A DNA stretch of 32,000 nucleotides, from positions 1-32,000 of the forward strand of contig JAJRZD010000020.1 in the NCBI GenBank assembly GCA_024275415.1, in the 5' to 3' direction. The notes below the pieces were generated by a model. The model did no database searches and was not told where the DNA came from. It was given only the letters and a program-made list of their open reading frames with translations. This DNA is from an archaeon (GTDB lineage Archaea; Asgardarchaeota; Thorarchaeia; Thorarchaeales; Thorarchaeaceae). Below, piece by piece: positions 25,331-32,000 of this stretch. Each line of letters starts with the position of its first letter. Position 1 is the stretch's first letter. The translations under genes were made by a program, and so were the position numbers.

Positions 25331-26470
25331 GTGCTGAAGATACATCCGCTATTAGAAGAGGTTCTCAAGAGCTCGACAGGTATTAAGCGAACAACGCCGT
25401 CAATCAGGCCAAAGGCTTCTGACAAAAGCCAGATTTCAGACGAGGAACTTGCTGACTTGCTAGAAACAGTAAGTGCACGGATTCTTGTTGTGGGGGTCGG
25501 AGGGGCAGGTAACAATGCAATCACACGTCTGATGGAGGTTGGTGTTGAAGGTGCCGAAACGCTCGCTGTGAACACAGATGCGCAGGATCTATACTTCTGT
25601 AATGCACAGCATAAGTTGCTTCTTGGCAAGGAATCGTGTGGTGGACTCGGAGCAGGCAACGACCCTGATAAAGGAGAAACTGCGGCATTGGAAACCTATG
25701 ACATAATCAAGGATGTTGTAAGAGCGGACTTGGTCTTCATAACCGCAGGAATGGGAGGAGGGACTGGCACAGGCGCAGCACCACACATTGCGAAAGCAGC
25801 AAAAGAGAATGGTGCACTGACCGTGGCAATAGTCTGTTTGCCATTCGAAGTGGAAGGAGCGACAAGAAAGAAGAACGCTAGGCGTGGGTTGAATGCGCTT
25901 ATGGAGTATGTGGATACCCTTATCGCCATTCCAAACGAGAAGCTCCTGGAAATTGCCCCGGATCTGTCGATGCCAGAGGCGTTCATGGTGGCAGACGAGG
26001 TGCTTGTACGTGCGGTGAAGGGCATTGCTGAGTTGATATCAAAGCCAGGATTGGTGAACTTGGACTTTGCAGATGTGAGAACCACGATGAAGAACGGTGG
26101 CGTTTCAATCATCGCTCTCGGGGAAGGACAGGGAGAGGAACGTGCTGAAGAGGCGGTATACAACGCTTTGAAGAATCCGCTCATTGATGTTTCAATCGAG
26201 AATGCTCGGAACATCCTTGTGAATGTCAGTGGCAGCGCTGATCTCCAATTGATGGAAGTCAAACGGGTAGTAGAGCTGGTGACTGAGCAGGCAAACCCTG
26301 ATGCAGAAGTAATCTATGGAGCCCTTATTGTTCCCGAGCTTGAGGACAGGCTTCGCGTGACAATCATTGCATCAGGAGTGAGTTCTCCCTACGTATTTGA
26401 CGCAACTGTCGAACCGGTCCCACCACTTGTGGACGACCTCAAGAACGACCTGGGGATAACCAAACTTTAG
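25331..26470 (+). CDS. ftsZ: Cell division protein FtsZ (FtsZ1-like)
   Basis: GVGGAGNN, NTDAQDL, GMGGGTGTGAAP, NLDFADV. Confidence 0.97.
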   Translation: MLKIHPLLEEVLKSSTGIKRTTPSIRPKASDKSQISDEELADLLETVSARILVVGVGGAGNNAITRLMEVGVEGAETLAVNTDAQDLYFCNAQHKLLLGKESCGGLGAGNDPDKGETAALETYDIIKDVVRADLVFITAGMGGGTGTGAAPHIAKAAKENGALTVAIVCLPFEVEGATRKKNARRGLNALMEYVDTLIAIPNEKLLEIAPDLSMPEAFMVADEVLVRAVKGIAELISKPGLVNLDFADVRTTMKNGGVSIIALGEGQGEERAEEAVYNALKNPLIDVSIENARNILVNVSGSADLQLMEVKRVVELVTEQANPDAEVIYGALIVPELEDRLRVTIIASGVSSPYVFDATVEPVPPLVDDLKNDLGITKL

Positions 26471-26557
26471 TTGTAATGATGGTTGCTCAGCAAGGGTTAA
26501 AAGTACACATATGCTGAAACCATTTCATTCAATGAGCTGTGAAACGAACACAGTTCA

Positions 26558-26764
26558 ATGAAGGATAGTGAGCTAACAATGGGAATCGGCGGGTTCATCA
26601 AAGAAAGCAGACGTATATTGAAACTTGCTACAAAGCCAGCCAGAGGCGAGCTTTGGATGAGTACAAAGGTCAGTATCCTTGCAATGTTCGCGGTAGGCTT
26701 GCTAAGTTTCGTCATCCAAATTCTGATGACTCTTATTACCTCTCAGTGGGGCGTACAAAGCTAG
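26558..26764 (+). CDS. secE: Protein translocase SecE/Sec61-gamma
   Basis: RRILKLATKP...single transmembrane segment; conserved ftsZ-secE-spt5 order. Confidence 0.93.
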   Translation: MKDSELTMGIGGFIKESRRILKLATKPARGELWMSTKVSILAMFAVGLLSFVIQILMTLITSQWGVQS

Positions 26765-26795
26765 AATCCTCCGGGCCAGAAAGGGAGGCCAATAC

Positions 26796-27473
26796 TTGCA
26801 GGTAAGAACCAGTATCTATGCGGTCAGAACCACAATTGGACAGGAAAGAGGTGTCACAGACCTCATCAAAACAGCAGTAGAAGGTGAAACTGATGTGTAT
26901 GCATGCCCATGGTGTGCAGAGGAGTTCCCTTCAGAAAGAGATACTAAGACCCATATGAAGTCCTGTAAGAAAGCGAAGAAGACCGGCGAACCCAAACTCA
27001 TTTCAAGAAATCAGCTCCTTGGGCGTGTAAAAGCGATCCTCGTCCCTGAAACCCTCCGGGGTTACGTGTTCCTAGAAACCCTCGAATTCAGAGATGTGGA
27101 GATTGCAATCTCTGGAGTGCCACATGTCCGTGGCAGAGTAGGCGGGAAGGTTTCATTTGAGGAGATAGACAAGTTCCTTGTACCACCACCAGCTGCGGAG
27201 GGTCTTGGAACTGGAGATGTTGTCGAGCTTACATCAGGCCCCTTCAAGGGAGAACGAGCAAGGATTACTCGTGTGGATACTGCAAAGGAAGAACTTATCG
27301 TCGAACTTCTCGATAGCCCACACACAATTCCTCTAAGAACTCATGCTGACTTTGTCAAGATTGTCGAGAAAGCCCAGAAAGACGAAGCCTTTGGGGACGC
27401 AGAAGAGGATGGAGTGTCCGACACAGAGAAAGACGAGTTTGATGACGAAGACTCATTCTGGGCACAGGAATAG
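26796..27473 (+). CDS. spt5: Transcription elongation factor Spt5 with zinc-finger insertion and acidic tail
   Basis: NGN IYAVRTTIGQE...LVPETLRGYVFLE; KOW GDVVELTSGPFKGERARI; GGGAGG SD plus TTG start. Confidence 0.95.
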   Translation: MQVRTSIYAVRTTIGQERGVTDLIKTAVEGETDVYACPWCAEEFPSERDTKTHMKSCKKAKKTGEPKLISRNQLLGRVKAILVPETLRGYVFLETLEFRDVEIAISGVPHVRGRVGGKVSFEEIDKFLVPPPAAEGLGTGDVVELTSGPFKGERARITRVDTAKEELIVELLDSPHTIPLRTHADFVKIVEKAQKDEAFGDAEEDGVSDTEKDEFDDEDSFWAQE

Positions 27474-27780
27474 ACAATAGCACTCGTACAGCCTAATGTT
27501 CTATCGCAATAGAGAGCTTGTACAGATCATTCGCGTCTATACCGGTCGTGATTCACGGCTGAGCCTATGACCAGTCCGCAAGTCTTTTAAAACAATGGAA
27601 TTCGATTGCATCTACTCCTTAATGGGACATGGAGCTAGACTGCCATGTCAGGGGTGAAGAAAGTGACAATTGATGCAGCAGACCGACATAAGGTTCCGCA
27701 GTCTAGTTTTTGTCCTTGAGGTCGCCAAGATCGGGGTGTTATTCATCACGAGTACACTGCATCTGGAGTCGTGAACGAGA

Positions 27781-28281
27781 ATGAGTGAAAAAATAACAGT
27801 TAGCGCTCTTGTTGAAGGCGGAAAGGCATCAGGCGGCCCACCGATTGGTCCTGCTCTAGGTCCAACTGGTGTCAATATATTCCAGGTCGTGCAAAAAATC
27901 AACGAGGTGACCCAGCCCTATGCAGGGTTGAAGGTTCCTGTTGATATTATCGTGAATCAGGAAACCAAAGAGTTTGAGGTTGTTGTAGGGATTCCACCTA
28001 CTAGTGCCCTCATCCTGAAAGAAGTTGGAGCACCAAAAGGGTCTGGGGAGCCAAACGTGCAAATTGTAGGCAATCTAACTGTGGACCAGTTAAAGAGCGT
28101 AGCAAAGGCCAAGTCTGAAGACCTTTCAGCTTTGACAATGAAATCTGCTGTAATGATCATTTCTGGCACTTGTGTATCAATGGGAGTCACTATTGAAGGC
28201 AAATCAGCCAAGGAGTTCCAAAAGGAGATCCGTGAGGGTATTTGGGATGCACAACTGGACGAGCCGCTGAGGGAGGAATAG
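27781..28281 (+). CDS. rpl11: 50S ribosomal protein L11
   Basis: GGKASGGPPIGPALGPTGVN, GIPPTSALI, GTCVSMGVTIEG. Confidence 0.98.
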   Translation: MSEKITVSALVEGGKASGGPPIGPALGPTGVNIFQVVQKINEVTQPYAGLKVPVDIIVNQETKEFEVVVGIPPTSALILKEVGAPKGSGEPNVQIVGNLTVDQLKSVAKAKSEDLSALTMKSAVMIISGTCVSMGVTIEGKSAKEFQKEIREGIWDAQLDEPLREE

Positions 28282-28285
28282 AGCA

Positions 28286-28942
28286 ATGTCATACAATATC
28301 GATTCAATAGAATCCGCAGTGGCCGAGGCCAGAGCCAAAGGTACTGAAAGAGGTATCAAATTCGAGCAGAGCTTCGATCTTGCAGTCAACTTTCGAAAGA
28401 AAGAACTGGATGTTTCAAAGCCAGAGAACAGACTGAATCAGGAACTCATCCTGCCAAACACGCTCTTCCCACCCGCAAAGGTTTGTGCCTTTGGCGATGG
28501 AGAATTCGCTGAGAAGGCATTGGCAGCTGGTGTTGAACGGGTTGTTTCAAAGGATGAGATTCCGAAGATCGCAGAGGAGAAGAAAGTGAGAAAGACCCTT
28601 GCAAAAGGCTATGACTTTTTCATTGCGGTGACCGATGCGATGCCTCTGGTCGGTCGGTATCTTGGTCAGGCACTCGGACCTAGAGGGAAGATGCCAAGAC
28701 CATTGCCGCCACAAGCGGATCTCGGACCGGTCGTCAGTCAGTACCAACGTACAGTACGCATCAGAATGAGGAACACTCCTACGTTCCATGTGAAAGTGGG
28801 TCATGTCACCATGAGTGACAGAGATATCGCGGACAACATTGTTGCAGTACTGGACTTTGTGAGGGGCAAGGAGCTCTTCGAAAGAATAGGCAGCGTCGTG
28901 GTAAAGACCACCATGGGGCCGGCAGTACAGGTGTCCTATTAG
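28286..28942 (+). CDS. rpl1: 50S ribosomal protein L1
   Basis: FEQSFDLAVN, LGPRGKMP, VKTTMGP. Confidence 0.98.
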   Translation: MSYNIDSIESAVAEARAKGTERGIKFEQSFDLAVNFRKKELDVSKPENRLNQELILPNTLFPPAKVCAFGDGEFAEKALAAGVERVVSKDEIPKIAEEKKVRKTLAKGYDFFIAVTDAMPLVGRYLGQALGPRGKMPRPLPPQADLGPVVSQYQRTVRIRMRNTPTFHVKVGHVTMSDRDIADNIVAVLDFVRGKELFERIGSVVVKTTMGPAVQVSY

Positions 28943-28954
28943 AGGTGAAGATGA

Positions 28955-29977
28955 ATGAGTGTATATGAACGCCATATCCCCCAATGGAAAATCAATCAGG
29001 TCGAGGAACTAGCGAAAACCATCAAGAAAAGCGGGATGGTAGGGCTAGTCAATGTCGAAGGAGTTGGAGCGAAACAGCTCGACGGCATCCGTTCCAGCCT
29101 GAGAGGTTCTGCGAGGATCAAAATGGCTCGGAATACGTTGATGCTCAGAGCACTTGACGCATCCAAGTTGAAAGGGATTGAAGATCTCAAAAGATTCGTC
29201 AGGGGACCTGTAGCATTCATCTTCAGTGACCAAGACCCTTTTGTTCTAAGCAAGTTCCTAAGCGACAATAAGACAGCAGCCCCTGCTAAAGGTGGACAGA
29301 TCGCACCCAAGGATATCATCATACCAGCCATGAATACCGGTGTTGCACCAGGTCCTTTCATCAGCGAACTGGCTGCACTGAAGATACCTTCACGAGTTAA
29401 AGGAGGCGTCATTCATGTTACTGAAGACACAGTGGTAGTCAAGGAAGGTGAAGTGATATCAAATGCTATGGCACAGATGTTATCAAGACTTGGGATAGAA
29501 CCGATGGAACTACAATTGAAACTTGTTGCAGCATTTACCGAAGGGATGGTGATGTCTGCTGAGAGCTTCGATATCAGCCTTGACGATCTGCTCCAACAAT
29601 TCATTACAGGGCACCAGTACGCAGTCAATCTTTCAGTCAATGCAGGATATCCCACATCTGAAACAATCACAATGATCATTGCGAAAGCAGACAGGGACGC
29701 AAGAACCTTGGCTCTTGAGGTCGGGTTCTTCACGCCAGATTTGCTGAATGAGTTCCTGATAAAAGCGAACTCGGAAGCCTTCGCATTAGCAGCTATCGTT
29801 TCGGAAAAGGATCCAAACGCGATACCCTCCGAGATTCTTGATCAGGTCAAGGCTGTAGCAGCCGCTGCGACATCTGTGGTAACAGATACCAGCCCCGCTG
29901 AAGACAAACCTGAGGAGGAAGATGAGGAGGAAGAAGAAGAAGAAGCCGTTGCAGGTCTAGGAGGCCTGTTTGGCTAA
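28955..29977 (+). CDS. rpl10: 50S ribosomal protein L10 (P0)
   Basis: KMARNTL, APAKGGQIAP, NTGVAPGP, acidic tail ending GLGGLFG. Confidence 0.98.
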   Translation: MSVYERHIPQWKINQVEELAKTIKKSGMVGLVNVEGVGAKQLDGIRSSLRGSARIKMARNTLMLRALDASKLKGIEDLKRFVRGPVAFIFSDQDPFVLSKFLSDNKTAAPAKGGQIAPKDIIIPAMNTGVAPGPFISELAALKIPSRVKGGVIHVTEDTVVVKEGEVISNAMAQMLSRLGIEPMELQLKLVAAFTEGMVMSAESFDISLDDLLQQFITGHQYAVNLSVNAGYPTSETITMIIAKADRDARTLALEVGFFTPDLLNEFLIKANSEAFALAAIVSEKDPNAIPSEILDQVKAVAAAATSVVTDTSPAEDKPEEEDEEEEEEEAVAGLGGLFG

Positions 29978-29998
29978 GAGTATAAAGAGGTAGTAAAA

Positions 29999-30307
29999 AT
30001 GGAGTACGTATACGCAGCACTTCTGCTCCACAAAGCAGGCAAGGACCTTAAGGCCAAAGCTTTGGAAGATGTTCTCACCGCAGCTGGTGTGACTCCTGAC
30101 AAAGGTCGGGTCAAGGCACTGCTGGCAGCTCTTGATGGCGTGGACATTGATGAGGCACTGAAGAGTGCAGCAGCAATGCCTGTCGCAGCAGCCCCTGTAG
30201 CCGCAGGTGGTACAGCTGAAGCAGCTCCTGCAGCCGAGGAGAAGAAGGAAGAAGAAAAAGAGGAAGAAGAAGAGGAAGTCGCAGGACTCGGAAGCCTCTT
30301 CGGATAA
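29999..30307 (+). CDS. rpl12: 50S ribosomal protein L12 (P1)
   Basis: [11 protein letters not shown], Ala-rich hinge, EEEEE...GLGSLFG. Confidence 0.98.
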   Translation: MEYVYAALLLHKAGKDLKAKALEDVLTAAGVTPDKGRVKALLAALDGVDIDEALKSAAAMPVAAAPVAAGGTAEAAPAAEEKKEEEKEEEEEEVAGLGSLFG

Positions 30308-30469
30308 TTAGACTCGGTTCATTCCGGGTCTGGTTTCGTCCTCTAGAATATATGGGCAGTCGGGTAGCAAACCCGCTTGCCCCAAGTTCATTTTTATCCA
30401 TTATCATTTCCGATTGTCTGAAAATGGTTGTCCAACAGATAAAAAAGTGATAGATCTGAAGGAGAGTCT

Positions 30470-31252
30470 GTGATAATCGTATATCATCCCTCTATGAGAG
30501 AATCGTACGATGGGACTCCTGCGGGTGCTCCTAGGAGGTTGGAAACCTCAATTGAGATACTTGAGAACCATGGAAACTACGAGCTTGTGATAGCAAGGGA
30601 AGCCTCTGAGGAGGAGATACTTCGGGCCCATACAGCCGAGCATCTCAGGAAAGTACAAAGAGAAAGCGAGTCATACCAAGACGAACGCCTATCTTTGATG
30701 GCATCACTTGCTGCGGGAGGAGCTATTATGACGGCAGAAACCGCCATGAGAGGCGAGCCATGTTTCGGACTATTGCGTCCACCGGGACATCATGCATCAG
30801 CTGCATCATATTGGGGATTCTGTTATTTCAACAACCTAGCCATATCATTGCTTCATCTGAAGGCTGTTGTATTAATCAGGTCTGCATATATCATCGACTT
30901 CGACCTTCACACGGGGGACGGAACCATCGATATCCTTGGCGATGACCCGGGTTTCATAATCCATAACCCCAGTGGCGATGGTGATGAGGAGTTTCTCGCG
31001 GACATCAGGGACAGGTTGGATTCTTCTCCGCCAGTAGATATCATCGCTGCCTCTGCCGGGTTCGATCAATACGAAGATGACTGGGGAGGGAATCTGTCCA
31101 CACATGCATTCTACGAGATTGGCCGATTGATGTTTGACTTCGCAAGAAGGAACTGTCAGGGAAGACGGTATGGTATCTTGGAGGGAGGCTATAACTTCAC
31201 AGATTTAGGAAAGAACGTTCTTGCGTTCTGCAATGGGCTTCAAGGCAAATGA
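30470..31252 (+). CDS. Zn-dependent histone deacetylase-family protein (AcuC/APAH-like)
   Basis: RPPGHHA, GFCYFNN, DFDLHTGDGT, SAGFD, LEGGY. Confidence 0.93.
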   Translation: MIIVYHPSMRESYDGTPAGAPRRLETSIEILENHGNYELVIAREASEEEILRAHTAEHLRKVQRESESYQDERLSLMASLAAGGAIMTAETAMRGEPCFGLLRPPGHHASAASYWGFCYFNNLAISLLHLKAVVLIRSAYIIDFDLHTGDGTIDILGDDPGFIIHNPSGDGDEEFLADIRDRLDSSPPVDIIAASAGFDQYEDDWGGNLSTHAFYEIGRLMFDFARRNCQGRRYGILEGGYNFTDLGKNVLAFCNGLQGK

Positions 31253-31302
31253 TTTAGTGAGTTTATTACACCAAGCGAGGGATGTAGTCACAGTGATGTG
31301 AA

Positions 31303-31554
31303 TTGCTTCCAGTTATGCTCCAAAGTCCTATATCAGATTTCATGGCTCTGATTTCGGCATATTTCGCGGAAATCTGGGAGTTCTTGATATTCATAGGCAG
31401 GGTTTCAGGGGTCGTTATCGTGCTTATCGGTGCCATCTTGTGGTTCACCGATGTAAATCCAGGCCGCGGAAAAGGTCTCGTCGCTAGTGGGATATTGCTT
31501 TCCATCGTAGTGCAATACTTCGTGATGTATCCCCCGGCATTCACAATCGTTTAA
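31303..31554 (+). CDS. Small membrane protein (two or more transmembrane segments)
   Basis: Hydrophobic segments separated by a NPGRGKG loop; start uncertain. Confidence 0.6.
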   Translation: MLPVMLQSPISDFMALISAYFAEIWEFLIFIGRVSGVVIVLIGAILWFTDVNPGRGKGLVASGILLSIVVQYFVMYPPAFTIV

Positions 31555-31709
31555 TAGAACCTTAAATCGGATTCATGCTACCTTTCTATGGTGGATGCAC
31601 AGGCTTCACATTTTTCCACTCAATCTGAGGACATCTGTCCTCGCCCCCATTTTATTTTTGGTTCCATGCGGAAAGGTTTATGACGGAACTGGTCGGAGCA
31701 AAAACGCGC

Positions 31710-31815
31710 GGGCCCGTTGCCTAGTCTGGATCTGAAGCACATGACTTCAGGGGATTGATAGGGCGCTAGCCTTCTAAGTTAGAGGTCGCGCGTTCGAATC
31801 GCGCCGGGCCCACCA
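31710..31815 (+). tRNA. tRNA-Arg(TCT) with 28-nt intron in the D-loop (31730-31757), CCA encoded
   Basis: Removing 31730-31757 gives GGGCCCGTTGCCTAGTCTGG|ATAGGGCG-CTAGC-CTTCTAA-GTTAG-AGGTC-GCGCG-TTCGAAT-CGCGC-CGGGCCC-ACCA; BHB motif at the junctions. Confidence 0.95.
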
Positions 31816-31857
31816 CCATGTTTCTTACCTCTTTTTGGTTCTGCACATGATGATATG

Positions 31858-32000
31858 TTAGGAGAAATCGAAGGCATGCTTCAACCATTCTGGAAGAGTA
31901 AAATCCAGCTCGCATTCGATCTCCTCAATACTTGAAAGGAAGGGCTTTCGTTTGACCCGCGCTGCTCGCTTAGCGCCAATCCCTGGAATCGCTTTCCATT
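31858..32000 (-). CDS. 3' end of a gene with a C-terminal helix-hairpin-helix motif (partial)
   Basis: Minus frame WKAIPGIGAKRAARVKRKPFLSSIEEIECELDFTLPEWLKHAFDFS*. AIPGIGxKRA is an HhH signature; possibly an archaeal radical SAM-HhH protein. Confidence 0.6.
   Translation of the reverse strand, partial: WKAIPGIGAKRAARVKRKPFLSSIEEIECELDFTLPEWLKHAFDFS

Noticed and set aside
31303-31554. TrbC/VirB2 pilin-like reading of the small membrane protein
   Set aside because: Only a generic hydrophobic pattern; no secretion or conjugation genes nearby.
3169-31815. All four tRNA genes encode CCA
   Set aside because: True in the sequence but common in several archaeal lineages; not novel by itself.
1-32000. 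CRISPR array, transposase/integrase, rRNA, att-site duplications of tRNA ends
   Set aside because: None seen on manual reading; an exhaustive repeat search could not be run.

Overview
The window is archaeal chromosome, most consistent with an Asgard archaeon (Thorarchaeia-like). That assignment is inferred from a eukaryote-type topoisomerase IB, a Rab/Roc-like small GTPase and a V4R/TRAPPC3-like protein; it is not confirmed by any search. The right half (~18.4-30.3 kb) is the conserved archaeal informational superoperon: rnp4-yhbY-rps19e-PDCD5-rpl39e-rpl31e-eIF6-rpl18a-pfdA-ftsY, then argF-pfkB, then ftsZ-secE-spt5-rpl11-rpl1-rpl10-rpl12, followed by an HDAC-family gene. The left half is accessory and metabolic: a PAC2 proteasome chaperone, a geranylgeranyl reductase, CopA with a divergent 48-aa YHS protein missing from the ORF track, two ligand-less ferritin-like paralogs coupled to pyrE, an acyltransferase and topoisomerase IB. 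There are four tRNA genes: Val-GAC, Gly-GCC, Gly-TCC and Arg-TCT, the last with a 28-nt D-loop BHB intron. Several decayed genes are present (TPR, arsC, a zinc-ribbon relic), mostly next to tRNA 3' ends. The best candidate for a novel system is a translationally coupled three-gene operon (small GTPase, Zn/winged-helix adaptor, Bet3/TRAPPC3-like V4R protein) that looks like a prokaryotic Rab-TRAPP module. Other oddities are a zinc finger inserted in Spt5, a ~200-aa Top1B linker with a natural N722S-equivalent, and a helicase-like protein with a destroyed Walker A. No CRISPR array, integrase or transposase was seen. All family calls come from motif recognition by eye.
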